A DNA stretch of 64,000 nucleotides. Origin: Candidatus Omnitrophota bacterium (GTDB lineage Bacteria; Omnitrophota; Gorgyraeia; Zapsychrales; Fredricksoniimonadaceae). Both the position numbers and the translations under genes were made by a program. Positions 8,524 to 18,809 of this stretch are shown piece by piece. How positions within the stretch are numbered: the first letter of the stretch is position 1; every line of letters begins with the position of its first letter. Location: positions 7,952-71,951 of the forward strand of contig CAWHFJ010000013.1 of the NCBI GenBank assembly GCA_963828495.1, written 5' to 3'. Under the pieces are notes generated by a model. It was not told the DNA's origin. It saw only the letters and a list, made by a program, of their open reading frames with translations, and ran no database searches.

Positions 8524-9459
8524 TCACTGATGCAACATTTTCTTAAGGGCATTCATCAGTTCAGGATTAACAGCGTACCCTAATTCTCCCGCTTTTTGTA
8601 AATTAATCCAGGCCTTATTGTATTCTTTTAACTGATAATAAACAATGGCTAGATTATTATACGCCTGTGCAAGCTTAGGATTTGTGGCAATGGCAATGAC
8701 CAGATCCCCCCTGGCTTCCGGAAGATTGCCCTGTTCAATATAAATACTGCTACGGTTAACATAAGCCTCTGCAAATTTAGGATCTATTTCAATAGCTTTG
8801 CTAAAGTCGGCAATGGCTTGAGAGAACTTGCCTTGTTTGTCATAACCAATGCCGCGGTTGTAATAAGCCTTGACAAGCGTAGGATTGATTTCAATGGCTT
8901 TATTTAAGTCCGCCATCGCCTGGGGTAAGTTCCCCTGTCTCTCCCAAGTAAGCCCACGGTTATGATAGGCATCCGCGAATTCAGGATCTATTTTAATGGC
9001 TTGGGTAAAATCAACTATGGCTTTGGGCAAATGACCTTGGTTGGCCAAAGTCAGGGCACGGTTGTAATAAATCCTTGCGTTTTGAGGATTTAATTCAATG
9101 GCCTTGTTATAATCAGCAATGGCGGCAGTGAAATTGCCTGCTTCGGCGTAGGCATTACCTCTCCCCTGATACGCCCCTATATCATGGGGATTTAAGGTAA
9201 TCGCTTGTGTAAAATCAGCAATCGCTTCAAGGTATTTGCCCTGTTTCTCCCAAGCCAAGCCTCGGTCATAATAGGCATCTGCAAGATTGGGACTCATGGC
9301 AACGGCTCTATTTAAGTCCTCCATGCTTGGTCTAGAGTTATTGTAAGCGGCCCCACGGTTATAATAATCTTGTGCTGTCTGCGCACAGACAGAGGAAATA
9401 TTCACACATAATATACCTGCTAAGATTAATATTGTGGATTTAAAACCGTTACTCTTCAT
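8524..9459 (-). CDS. Secreted TPR-repeat protein
   Basis: Signal peptide followed by about 8 consecutive 34-aa TPR units (A.AYYNRG..Y...G....A I.DF..AI.I.P). The ATG at 9459 overlaps the upstream TGA (ATGA). Confidence 0.8.
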   Translation of the reverse strand: MKSNGFKSTILILAGILCVNISSVCAQTAQDYYNRGAAYNNSRPSMEDLNRAVAMSPNLADAYYDRGLAWEKQGKYLEAIADFTQAITLNPHDIGAYQGRGNAYAEAGNFTAAIADYNKAIELNPQNARIYYNRALTLANQGHLPKAIVDFTQAIKIDPEFADAYHNRGLTWERQGNLPQAMADLNKAIEINPTLVKAYYNRGIGYDKQGKFSQAIADFSKAIEIDPKFAEAYVNRSSIYIEQGNLPEARGDLVIAIATNPKLAQAYNNLAIVYYQLKEYNKAWINLQKAGELGYAVNPELMNALKKMLHQ

Positions 9460-9791
9460 GGGGGGGAGCATTTTAGGTTTTGGATCCGGAAGGCGGTCCC
9501 ATGCTTGCTTTTTTTATGCTTCAGATGAATTTGATTAAGCGCATTAAGCCACTGCTTCATTTGGTCCGGAGTCAAAATTTTACTTAATTTTTGATTCTCT
9601 TCATCAATGATCGGTGTAATCTTTTTAGCTTGAGCCACGGTCAATTTTAATTGAGATTGAATATTCGAAACAATAGACTCGGTGTCAACGACCGGCTGTG
9701 TGGGTGTTTGTGGTGTTGGGGTCTGAGGCCAAGCAGGCATTGTGAAAAAAAAGCAGAGTGCCACGGCAGAGCATATTATTCTTCCCTTCAT
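9456..9791 (-). CDS. Small periplasmic LTxxQ-type protein (Spy/CpxP-like, short form)
   Basis: Signal peptide plus LKLTVAQAKKITPII and ILTPDQMKQW motifs. It is a paralogue of 20056..20448. Confidence 0.55.
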   Translation of the reverse strand: MKGRIICSAVALCFFFTMPAWPQTPTPQTPTQPVVDTESIVSNIQSQLKLTVAQAKKITPIIDEENQKLSKILTPDQMKQWLNALNQIHLKHKKSKHGTAFRIQNLKCSPP

Positions 9792-9809
9792 AGCACTCTC
9801 CTTACAAGA

Positions 9810-9840
9810 CCCCGCGGCTTTGGCCTAAGCCCAAGCGGGG
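9810..9840 (-). promoter_or_regulatory. Conserved GC-rich leader/intercistronic hairpin, copy 1
   Basis: The minus strand reads CCCCGCTTGGGCTTAGGCCAAAGCCGCGGGG, followed by AAGGAGAG and the ATG at 9791. It is about 80 percent identical to the element at 21852..21883. Confidence 0.5.
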
Positions 9841-10215
9841 CTATTTTACTGCCGCCGGCGCGTATACAATCAATTCCCCTCTGAATATTAATAACGCATC
9901 GCGCCAATAATGTATTATTTCTGTGCTGGAATTGATAATAGCATCAGCTCCTTTTTTGCGGGCAATCTTTCTGGCTTGATTGGCCAACATTTCAGGAGTG
10001 ACCCCATAACTGGCATACCCTTCAATAGAAACTTTTCCAATCACATAATAAGGATTGGTGGCCGCAAGGGTCTGTGTCCGGGGATAAACATTCATGTTAT
10101 AATATTGATCTTTCGGCGGGAATCTCTGGTCGGTATAATAGACATACCGTGTACTGGTCGCACACCCCACCAAACCCAACACCAATAAACCCAACAACAA
10201 TATTCTTTTTTTCAT
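9841..10215 (-). CDS. Hypothetical lipoprotein
   Basis: Signal peptide with lipobox LLGLLVLGLVGC. No recognisable domain. Confidence 0.55.
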   Translation of the reverse strand: MKKRILLLGLLVLGLVGCATSTRYVYYTDQRFPPKDQYYNMNVYPRTQTLAATNPYYVIGKVSIEGYASYGVTPEMLANQARKIARKKGADAIINSSTEIIHYWRDALLIFRGELIVYAPAAVK

Positions 10216-10239
10216 AAATAAACCCCTGTTTATAAAAAC

Positions 10240-10830
10240 CTATTTCCCATACATAAGTTTTAGCTGAGAAACTTTTGGGAATTCAGGATAAAACTCTCCT
10301 TGTGGCCCCACAAATCCCTTCCCTGATGGTTTGAGGATGACCGCCGTGTACCCTCCCTTGTCATTAGGGACATTAACAGTAATCGTATCTTCTATGTCAG
10401 CAGCCGCAGGAGTTGGGACTGTGACAGCGCTCTGAATGAAAACCCCTTGAGAGGTTACGACCGGTTGGGAAGCTACAACAGGTGGGGAAACCACAACAGG
10501 TTGGGAAGCCACGACCGGCGGCGTTACCGCTTGATAGCCGTAAGCCGTATAAATATAATACACCCCATTGTTAACATAATAAGTGACCCCATTGACAACA
10601 ACCGGTTGATAACTTGTGGAAGGTGAAACAAGCACATAGCCTGGTGCCGCGTAATAAGGATCCCCATAATAAGGGCCGTAATAAGGGCCGTAGTACCCGC
10701 CAGGCCATACCCCTAGATTAATACCAACATAGCCGTGCTCATGCCCATGCCACGCATAGGATGGCGTTGGCCTAATAATTAATAAACTTAGAAACAAAAA
10801 AATAAAAACCGCCTTTAATGAACTTCGCAT
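10240..10830 (-). CDS. Secreted Tyr/Gly/Pro-rich protein, paralogue 1
   Basis: Signal peptide, a GYYGPYYGPYYGDPYY stretch, VNGVTYYVNNGVYYIYTAYGY, PVVASQPVV tandem repeats, and a conserved C-terminus VNVPNDKGGY...GFVGPQGEFYPEFPKVSQLKLMYGK shared with 20490..21179. Confidence 0.6.
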   Translation of the reverse strand: MRSSLKAVFIFLFLSLLIIRPTPSYAWHGHEHGYVGINLGVWPGGYYGPYYGPYYGDPYYAAPGYVLVSPSTSYQPVVVNGVTYYVNNGVYYIYTAYGYQAVTPPVVASQPVVVSPPVVASQPVVTSQGVFIQSAVTVPTPAAADIEDTITVNVPNDKGGYTAVILKPSGKGFVGPQGEFYPEFPKVSQLKLMYGK

Positions 10831-10902
10831 AAAACCCTCCTTATTACTATTCTCTTTCCGTTAAATTTTAAGTCCTGTTAAGACAAGGGGTCAAATTATT
10901 TC

Positions 10903-11118
10903 TTAGTACTGATGATGTCTATGATGCCTATGATGATGCCTATGATGATGTCTATGGTGATGCCTATAATGATGCTTGCCATGACGATCCCCAAACCCAG
11001 GAGAATGATGCCATTGATACACATTCCCGCCATTGCCGGTATCCGCGTAAACCAAAGGTGGCGCTAACGCCAGCGCGGCGGCCATTATAAAAATTATAAT
11101 CTTAACTTTAGAAATCAT
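10903..11118 (-). CDS. Secreted His-rich peptide (71 aa)
   Basis: Signal peptide ending LVYA, then GKHHYRHHHRHHHRHHHRHHRHHQY encoded by a 12-nt (cat cat cat agR) tandem repeat. A good SD (AGGAGG) and an ECF-type promoter lie upstream. Confidence 0.6.
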   Translation of the reverse strand: MISKVKIIIFIMAAALALAPPLVYADTGNGGNVYQWHHSPGFGDRHGKHHYRHHHRHHHRHHHRHHRHHQY

Positions 11119-11149
11119 GTAAACCTCCTAATTTGTATGTCTCATTAAC

Positions 11150-11178
11150 TTAGACAACTATAGTTATTAAAAAGTTCC
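11150..11178 (-). promoter_or_regulatory. ECF sigma-type promoter P1 (GGAACTT-N16-GTCTAA)
   Basis: The minus strand reads TGGAACTTTTTAATAACTATAGTTGTCTAA. The -35 is at 11172-11178 and the -10 at 11150-11155. It lies 30 nt upstream of the His-rich peptide ATG. The same fixed positions occur at 22427..22455. Confidence 0.65.
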
Positions 11179-11183
11179 ATAAA

Positions 11184-12588
11184 TTATTTGGTAGGGGTCC
11201 ATCCTCCTCCGAGATATTCGATGAGCAGTACGCAGGCATTCATGCGTTCACCAAGAATGGTAACTGCGGTTTTTTCATTGTTTAACGCGATGGCTTGGGT
11301 AGTGATCACATCCAGCGCGCTGACTGTCCCTGCTTTATACTGATTTGTTTCAAGTGCGACCGCTTTCTGGGCGTCCTTGACGGCTTCATCCTGCACTTGG
11401 GCTTCTTGTTCCAAAATACGCAGCGCCGCTAAATTATCTTCCACCTGGCCAAACGCGGTCAACACCGTCTGACGGTAGCGGCCACATCCGCGTCATACAC
11501 AGCCCTGGCTTGGGCTGTCTGCGCCTGCCTTAACCCCGCGTCAAATATGGTTTCTGCCAATGCCGGCCCGACTGACCACAACGGATTAGGCGATGAAAAT
11601 ATCCGGGATAAATTTGAGCTTTCATAACTGCCTGAGGCGCTTAATGTCAGCGTCGGAAAATACGCGGATTCGGCAACACCAATAGGGCGTTGGCCGCCGC
11701 GACAGTCCTTTCCGCGGCGGCAATATCCGGCCTGCGCTCAAGAATCTCCGACGGTAAACCAGCAGGTACGGACGGCACCGTGGCCGGCAAGGTCAAAGGC
11801 GGAATAGAAAAATCCGAGGCTGGTTTGCCGATAAGCAAGGCGATAGCGTGCTCTAATTGCGAACGTTGAACGCCGATATCAATCGACTGGGCTTCAGTCG
11901 CCTCAAGCTGGGTTTTCGCCTGAATAACATCTGATTGGGCCGCCACACCGCTGGCATAACGGTTTTTTGTCAAATCAAAAAACTTTTGATAAATGGCATC
12001 CGTATCATCAATAAGCTTTTTTTGCGCATCCAGAGAACAAAGCTGAAAATAATCCTGGGCTAATTGGGCCTGGGCGCTTAATCGGGCATTTTCAAGGTCA
12101 GCCGCGCTCGCTTGGGCATTGGCACGGTTGGCTTCCATCGTTCGACGGATTTTCCCCCAGAGGTCTATTTCCCAGTTCACATCGGCACTTAACAAATTAT
12201 GCGAAACGGCTCTTTGCATTTGAAGAAGTGCCTCGCCGGTATGTGATCGTGTATAAGAAGCCTGTGGCACTCAGCGTCGGAAAAAAACCTGACTTGGCTG
12301 CTTGCACAGGCGCGTGCGCCTGGGCATACTGCGCCTGGGCTTGCGCTATATTCTGATTCGAAATGTTGACCTGCTCCTCCAGCGCGTCTAATCGAGGGTC
12401 ATTGAAAATTTTCCACCATGCTCCACGAATAATATCATCTTGAGGATGGGCTTTTTTCCAATCCCCCGATTCTTTATAAGCCGCCGGTATCTGCGTTGTC
12501 GGCTTGACATATTTAGGGCCGACCGCGCAGCCGGTTAAAAGCACGAGCAAACTATGATACTAAAAGCCATTTTTTTTACGCTGAACAT
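11184..12588 (-). pseudogene. Outer-membrane efflux factor (NodT/TolC family lipoprotein), broken by about 4 frameshifts
   Basis: Four fragments are visible. They are a signal peptide piece (MFSVKKMAFSIIV), LLTGCAVGPKYVKP... (12197..12550), 11647..12270, an unlisted frame across 11480-11690, and 11184..11465 (TAFGQVEDNLAAL...LGGGW). Confidence 0.75.
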
Positions 12589-12596
12589 ATTGTTAA

Positions 12597-12637
12597 CACC
12601 CCCACCTAACTTTCCCCATCAAGGGGAAGGAAAATTC
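12597..12637. repeat. GC-rich palindromic element (CACCCCCACCTAAC...CCCC-loop-GGGG type), copy 1
   Basis: CACCCCCACCTAACTTTCCCCATCAAGGGGAAGGAAAA is similar to the element at 21199..21236. Confidence 0.6.
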
Positions 12638-12747
12638 CGTTATGCCGTTTACATTGAAATTTCTTGCTTTTTTTAGATTCCCACCAAATCTTAAAACGCT
12701 CCATATAAAGATAAATGACCGGAGTGGTGTAAAGCGTAAGCATTTGA

Positions 12748-15732
12748 CTAAAAATAAGCCCGCCGATGATGGCAATACCCAACGGACGGCGCAAGTTCCG
12801 AGCCCATGCCCCAACCTAAGGCCAACGGCAGTGAGCCCAATATCGCCGACATGGTGGTCATCATAATAGGACGGAACCTCAAGAGACAAGCCTCATAAAT
12901 CGAATCCCGCGAATTTTTCCCTTCCAGACGCTCGGCGTCAAGGGCAAAGTCCACCATCATAATGCCATTCTTCTTGACCAGACCAATCAAAAGGATAACA
13001 CCAATGATCGCAATGATGCTTAATTCCGTGTGACAAATAAAAAGAGCCAGCAGCGCCCCCACACCGGCGGATGGCAAGGTCGAAAGAATGGTGATGGGAT
13101 GGATATAACTTTCATACAAAATACCCAACACAATATAAACGGCTGCCAGCGCCGTCAAGATCAATATCCCCTCATTGCTCAAAGAGGACTGAAAAGCCTG
13201 GGCCGTACCCTGGAAACTGCCGTGGATGGTCGAGGGCAGCATGATCTTATTCATCGCTGCATCAACGGCCTTGACCGCATCCCCCAGAGCTACCCCCAAG
13301 GGTAGATTAAACGAGAATGTAATTGCCGGAAATTGGCCTTGATGGGCAACGGCCAGCGACGTAGTCGATGATGTATAGTGCGCAAATGCGCTTAAAGGGA
13401 CTAATGTCCCATTTGATGACGCCACATAGATTTGCTTTAATGTTTCCGGACGCTGCCAGAATTTGGGCGCGACTTCCATAACAACATAATACTGATTTAA
13501 TTGTTTATATGTAGTCGACACTTCCCTCTGGCCAAAAGCATCGTAGAGAGTGCTATCTATTTCCTGGGCAGTTATACCCAGACGTGCCGCGGTTTTGCGG
13601 TCAATGACAAGATCAGTCTCCTGACCATTGTTTTGTTTATCGCTGCTTAAATCAGCTATTTGGGGCAATTTGCGTAACGCGGCTTCCACCCGCGGTGACC
13701 ATGTTGTCAGATCAGCCAGGTGATCGGCCTGAAGCGTATATTGATATTGCGCATTGCCCATCCTCCCTCCGATAGTCAAGTCCTGCACGGCTGTAAGATA
13801 GGCCGGCGCGCCCGGCACACTGATTAATTTTTTACGCAGACGTGCTATCACCTGGTCGGTGGTGACCTTGCGCACTTCTAAAGGCTTGAGGGCTATGAAC
13901 ATCCTAGCCGTATTTCTGGTAGAGCCGCCGCCGGTGAAAGCCGCTAGCGTATCCACGGCAGGGTCTTTCAAGATGATCTTGACCACTGCCCTTAATTTCT
14001 TCTCCATCGATTGAAACGATATATCTTGAGCGGCCTGAATACTCCCGCCCAAACGCCCGGTATCCTGCTGAGGGAAAAATCCTTTAGGGACAATAGTAAA
14101 CATAACAACACTACTCACAAGGGCGGCTAACGTCAAGGTCAACATGATCCCCTGATGCCGCAATGCCCATGACAAGCTCTTATCATAACTGCGGTGCATC
14201 CAGTCAAATACCCCTTCAGTAGCGTTATACAGGCGGCCATGGGTTTCTTCTTTTTTAGATTTTAAAAGGATCGCGCACATCATGGGGGTCGTCGTCAAAG
14301 AAACCACCATGGAGATCAAAATGGCCACCGACAAGGTCAGGGCAAATTCACGAAACAGTCGCCCCAAAACCCCTCCCATCAATAAGATGGGGATAAATAC
14401 AGCGACAAGGGAAATACTCATTGTAAGAATAGTAAATCCTATCTCTTGGGCCCCCTTAATGGCTGCCTCTTTAGGGGCCATGCCTTTCTCAATATAACGC
14501 GTAATGTTTTCCACTACCACGATAGCATCGTCAACGACAAACCCGGTGGCGACGGTCAACGCCATGAGTGAGAGATTATCCAAACTAAAATGCAAGAGAT
14601 ACATCGCTCCGAAGGTGCTGATGATCGACACAGGGACCACAATACTCGGAATAATGGTAGACCGGACATTGCGTAAAAAAAGGAATACCACTAAAATCAC
14701 CAGTAACCCTGAGATCACCACCGTACGCTGGGCCTCTTTCATGGAGGCACGGATGGTGGGCGAGCGGTCCATGACAACCGAAAGATCGATCGCCGGAGAA
14801 ATAGCTGCCCGCAGTTGCGGGAATAAATTAAGCACAGCATCCACTGTCTTGATCACATTTGCCCCCGGCTGGCGAAATAGTATCACAGGGATGCCTTGCT
14901 TGCCGTTGATCAAGGCCGCATTACGAAGGTCCGCCACCGAATCCTGCACATCAGCTACGTCACTTAACCGTACCGGACGGCCGTTGGAGTAAGCCACGAT
15001 CAGAGGGCGATAATCTTTGGCCTCATAAAGTTGATCATTAGTTTGGATTTCCCAAGTCTTGCTGCCATTGGCGAGCTGCCCTTTGGGACGGTCCGCATTG
15101 GTACTGCTGATGGCGGTACGCACCACGTCGAGGCCTATCCCGTATTTGTTTAACGCCGTGGGATTAAGCTCCACCCTTACTGCCTGCGAAGCCCCTCCGC
15201 CGATGATGACCTGACCAATGCCATCAACCTGGGATAATTTTTGCGCCAGAATGCTGTCCGCTATATCATAGATAGCCGCTTTGGTCATGGTATCGGATGT
15301 CAGAGACAAAATAAGGATCGGCGCTTCAGCCGGATTGACCTTGCGGTAGGATGGATGGATCGGAAGGTCCGCCGGTAAAAAACTCTGTGCCGCGTTGATC
15401 GCCGCCTGAACATCGCGCGCGGCCCCGTTAATATCACGGCTTAAATCAAACTGCAAAGTAATGTTGGTAGACCCCAGACCACTGCTAGAAGTCATTTCAG
15501 TAACCCCCGCGATATGGGCCAGCTGACGCTCCAATGGTGCCGCGACTGAAGAAGCCATGGTCTCAGGGCTTGCTCCGGGTAAACCCGCAGATACGCTGAT
15601 CGTGGGATAATCCATCTGCGGCAAGGTGGATACCGGTAATAAACCAACCGCCACCAGCCCGGCGAGAACCAACCCCACCGTCAAGAGGGTCGTTGCCACA
15701 GGTCTTTGGATGAATGGTGTTGAAATACTCAT
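12748..15732 (-). CDS. mdtC: RND multidrug efflux permease, MdtC-like (HAE-1)
   Basis: It is the second of two tandem RND paralogues after the MFP gene. TM4 motif is [21 protein letters not shown]. One frameshift near 12790 detaches the last ~60 aa, which continue in ORF 12606..12794 ([27 protein letters not shown]). Confidence 0.85.
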   Translation of the reverse strand: MSISTPFIQRPVATTLLTVGLVLAGLVAVGLLPVSTLPQMDYPTISVSAGLPGASPETMASSVAAPLERQLAHIAGVTEMTSSSGLGSTNITLQFDLSRDINGAARDVQAAINAAQSFLPADLPIHPSYRKVNPAEAPILILSLTSDTMTKAAIYDIADSILAQKLSQVDGIGQVIIGGGASQAVRVELNPTALNKYGIGLDVVRTAISSTNADRPKGQLANGSKTWEIQTNDQLYEAKDYRPLIVAYSNGRPVRLSDVADVQDSVADLRNAALINGKQGIPVILFRQPGANVIKTVDAVLNLFPQLRAAISPAIDLSVVMDRSPTIRASMKEAQRTVVISGLLVILVVFLFLRNVRSTIIPSIVVPVSIISTFGAMYLLHFSLDNLSLMALTVATGFVVDDAIVVVENITRYIEKGMAPKEAAIKGAQEIGFTILTMSISLVAVFIPILLMGGVLGRLFREFALTLSVAILISMVVSLTTTPMMCAILLKSKKEETHGRLYNATEGVFDWMHRSYDKSLSWALRHQGIMLTLTLAALVSSVVMFTIVPKGFFPQQDTGRLGGSIQAAQDISFQSMEKKLRAVVKIILKDPAVDTLAAFTGGGSTRNTARMFIALKPLEVRKVTTDQVIARLRKKLISVPGAPAYLTAVQDLTIGGRMGNAQYQYTLQADHLADLTTWSPRVEAALRKLPQIADLSSDKQNNGQETDLVIDRKTAARLGITAQEIDSTLYDAFGQREVSTTYKQLNQYYVVMEVAPKFWQRPETLKQIYVASSNGTLVPLSAFAHYTSSTTSLAVAHQGQFPAITFSFNLPLGVALGDAVKAVDAAMNKIMLPSTIHGSFQGTAQAFQSSLSNEGILILTALAAVYIVLGILYESYIHPITILSTLPSAGVGALLALFICHTELSIIAIIGVILLIGLVKKNGIMMVDFALDAERLEGKNSRDSIYEACLLRFRPIMMTTMSAILGSLPLALGWGMGSELAPSVGYCHHRRAYF

Positions 15733-18700
15733 TTTGAAGTGCCTACACCTAAGCGTTTGCCGACCCGATCAAACCACAAATAAATAACCGGAGTCGTATA
15801 AAGAGTGAGAATTTGACTGAAAATAAGCCCGCCGATAATGGTAATCCCCAATGGCTGCCTCAGTTCAGCCCCCATGCCCCCACAAAAAGCCAGCGGCACC
15901 GCTCCCAGTATAGCGGACATCGTCGTCATCATGATCGGCCTAAACCTTAAAAGGCAAGCCTGATAAATCGCGTCCACCGGAGCTTTGCCTTCCTCACGCT
16001 CGGCATCCAAGGCAAAGTCCACCATCATGATACCGTTTTTCTTGACGATGCCGATTAAAAGGATGATACCGATGAGCGCGATCACGCTTAAATCCGTACG
16101 GAAAATCAAAAGCGACAAAATGGCCCCCACACCTGCCGACGGCAGCGTCGATAAAATAGTGATGGGATGAATATAGCTTTCATACAAAACCCCCAGCACG
16201 ATATACACCGTAATCAAAGCCGCCAGAATCAAAAGGGGCTCATTGCTCAAAGACGATTGGAAAGCCTGGGCCGTACCCTGAAACTCGCCGTTAATACTGT
16301 CGGGCAATCCTATCGAACGCGTAGTCGACTCAATGGCCTTGACCGCATCCCCCAAGGACGCCCCCGGCGCCAAATTAAATGATAATGTCACCGCCGGGAA
16401 TTGCCCCAGATGGCTGATAATCAGAGGCCCTGTCGTTTCCTTAAATTTGGTCAGCACATCCAACGGCACCTGTGCGCTATTGCTGCCTCGCACATAAAGA
16501 TTATGTAACTTATCAGGATCATTTTTGAAATCAGGTTTTACCTCGAGGATAACCCGGTACTGGTTAAGCTGAGTGAATATCGTTGACACGATCCGCTGGC
16601 CATAAGCGCTATAAAGGGTATTATCAATGACCGACGGAGTTACTCCCATCCGGGAGGCGGTGGCGCGGTCAATGGTAATGGATGCCTGCAAAGCTTTGTC
16701 CTGCTGATCGCTGCCAACGTCAACTAACTGCGGCAAGCGACTTAAAGCCGCAACCACCTTAGGCGCCCAGGTATTCAGCTCATCGGCATTAGGGTCTTCC
16801 AGGGTATACTGATATTGAGTGCGGCTGACCGTATCATCAACGGTCAAATCCTGTACCGGCTGCATGTAGAGTTTGACCCCACGAACATCCGCCAATTTCT
16901 TCTGCAAACGGCGGATAATCTCACTGGCAGAAATTTTGCGTTCTTCAATAGGCTTGAGGTTGATCAAAATCCTGCCGCTGTTAAGAGTGGTATTAGTGCC
17001 ATCCACGCCGATAAACGTGGAAAGACTTTCAACCGCCGGGTCTTTGAGGATAACCGTGGCCAATTGCTGCTGACGCCGTGCCATCGCCGGGAAAGAAACC
17101 GATTGAGACGCTTCGGAAATACCCTGGATAATACCGGTGTCCTGGATGGGGAAAAACCCTTTGGGCGCAAAAATGTACAGTCCCACCGTTAAAACAAGCG
17201 TTGCTAAAGCGACAGTTAAGGTCCATTTCTGATGCCGCAACACCCATTGCAGGGATTGGCCGTATTGCTTAATAACCTTGTTAAACATTTCTTCAGAAGT
17301 ATGGTAAAACTTTCCTTGTTTGCCCGGCGGTATATGTTTAAGTAATTTGGCACACATCATCGGCGTTAACGTCAACGATACGATCGCTGAAATGACAATG
17401 GTTACGCCCAGGGTCACGGCGAACTCGCGAAAGAGCCTACCCACCACATCCCCCATAAAAAGCAGAGGGATCAGTACCGCGATCAGGGAAATACTCAAAG
17501 AAAGGATGGTAAAAGCCACCTGCCCCGAACCTTTGAGCGCGGCTTGCAGGGGCTCTTCTCCGGCTTCTATATATCTGGCAATATTTTCAATCATGACAAT
17601 CGCGTCATCCACCACAAAACCCGTCGCGATGGTCAAAGCCATTAAAGACAAATTGTTCAGGCTGAAGCCCAACAGATACATGGCCCCAAAAGTACCGACG
17701 AGCGATACCGGGACCGCAATGCTGGGAATGATCGTCGCCGCCAAGGTACGCAAAAACAGGAACATGACCATAACGACCAACGCCACCGCCAACATCAGTT
17801 CAAACTGCACATCCTTGACCGAGGAGCGGATAGTGGTCGTTCTGTCGGTTAATATGGAAACCTGTACAGAAGCCGGCAGGGAACTTTCCAACTGCGGCAG
17901 CATCTTCTTGATGCCGTCAACAACCTGGATCACGTTAAAGCCGGGCTGCCGTTGGATGTTAATAATGACCGCAGGAGAAGTACTCATCCATGCCGCCTGC
18001 TTGACATTCTCAGCGTCATCAATGACTTGGGCCACATCAGACAATAATACCGGTGCGCCCTTTTGATAGGCGACAATGAGAGACCGGTAGTCTTGGCTGG
18101 ATTTCAGTTGATCATTGGCGTTGATGATGGAGGACTGCCTTGAGCCGTCAAAACTTCCCTTGGCTTGATTGACATTGGCAGAAGAGATCGCTGTGCGCAA
18201 ATCTTCCAAAGTCAAACCATAAGAAGCCAATGACGTGGGGTTGGCTTGAATCCTGACGGCAGGTCTCTGACCGCCGCTGATACTGACAAGGCCTACACCT
18301 GATAGTTGAGAAATTTTCTGGGCGAGACGAGTGTCGGCCAAATCTTCAATCTGAGGCAGAGGCAGAGTTTTTGAAGTCAAGGCCAAGGTCAAAATCGGCG
18401 CGTCGGCGGGGTTGACCTTGCTGTAAACCGGAGGATTGGGCAGATCTGCCGGCAATAAATTAGCCCCCGCATTAAGGGCCGCCTGGACTTCCTGTTCGGC
18501 GATATCAATGCTCAAGTCTAAACTGAATTGAAGTGTGATGACTGAACTACCGCCGGAACTGGTCGAGCGCATCTGCTTAAGACCGGGCATCTGCCCGAAT
18601 TGACGTTCCAGGGGGGCGGTAATGGCTGTGGACATAACATCAGGAGAGGCCCCGGGATAAAAAGTAACGACTTGAATGACCGGGTAATCAACCTGCGGTA

Positions 18701-18809
18701 AAGCGGAGATGGGAAGTTGAAAATAAGCGACACCGCCGGCCAGAAGGATGGCCACCATCAATAAGACAGTCGCCACCGGCCGCATAATAAATATGCGGGA
18801 AGGATTCAT
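15729..18809 (-). CDS. mdtB: RND multidrug efflux permease, MdtB-like (HAE-1)
   Basis: Intact 1026-aa ORF with [21 protein letters not shown]. It has 4-nt overlaps with both neighbours. Confidence 0.88.
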   Translation of the reverse strand: MNPSRIFIMRPVATVLLMVAILLAGGVAYFQLPISALPQVDYPVIQVVTFYPGASPDVMSTAITAPLERQFGQMPGLKQMRSTSSGGSSVITLQFSLDLSIDIAEQEVQAALNAGANLLPADLPNPPVYSKVNPADAPILTLALTSKTLPLPQIEDLADTRLAQKISQLSGVGLVSISGGQRPAVRIQANPTSLASYGLTLEDLRTAISSANVNQAKGSFDGSRQSSIINANDQLKSSQDYRSLIVAYQKGAPVLLSDVAQVIDDAENVKQAAWMSTSPAVIINIQRQPGFNVIQVVDGIKKMLPQLESSLPASVQVSILTDRTTTIRSSVKDVQFELMLAVALVVMVMFLFLRTLAATIIPSIAVPVSLVGTFGAMYLLGFSLNNLSLMALTIATGFVVDDAIVMIENIARYIEAGEEPLQAALKGSGQVAFTILSLSISLIAVLIPLLFMGDVVGRLFREFAVTLGVTIVISAIVSLTLTPMMCAKLLKHIPPGKQGKFYHTSEEMFNKVIKQYGQSLQWVLRHQKWTLTVALATLVLTVGLYIFAPKGFFPIQDTGIIQGISEASQSVSFPAMARRQQQLATVILKDPAVESLSTFIGVDGTNTTLNSGRILINLKPIEERKISASEIIRRLQKKLADVRGVKLYMQPVQDLTVDDTVSRTQYQYTLEDPNADELNTWAPKVVAALSRLPQLVDVGSDQQDKALQASITIDRATASRMGVTPSVIDNTLYSAYGQRIVSTIFTQLNQYRVILEVKPDFKNDPDKLHNLYVRGSNSAQVPLDVLTKFKETTGPLIISHLGQFPAVTLSFNLAPGASLGDAVKAIESTTRSIGLPDSINGEFQGTAQAFQSSLSNEPLLILAALITVYIVLGVLYESYIHPITILSTLPSAGVGAILSLLIFRTDLSVIALIGIILLIGIVKKNGIMMVDFALDAEREEGKAPVDAIYQACLLRFRPIMMTTMSAILGAVPLAFCGGMGAELRQPLGITIIGGLIFSQILTLYTTPVIYLWFDRVGKRLGVGTSK

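Noticed and set aside
12593-12889. ORFs 12593..12889 (-), 12642..12866 (+) at the mdtC/OMF1 junction
   Set aside because: They overlap the displaced C-terminal tail of mdtC (12606..12794), which aligns with the MdtB paralogue, and they overlap the palindromic repeat. Neither has an independent signal.
12748-18809. Heavy-metal (HME, CzcA-like) assignment for the tandem RND pumps, prompted by the neighbouring His-rich peptide
   Set aside because: TM4 reads [11 protein letters not shown](M/V)(I/V)ENI, the HAE-1/MdtBC-type motif. It is not the Asp/Glu-rich HME pattern. The MFP plus two tandem RND paralogues is the MdtABC arrangement.
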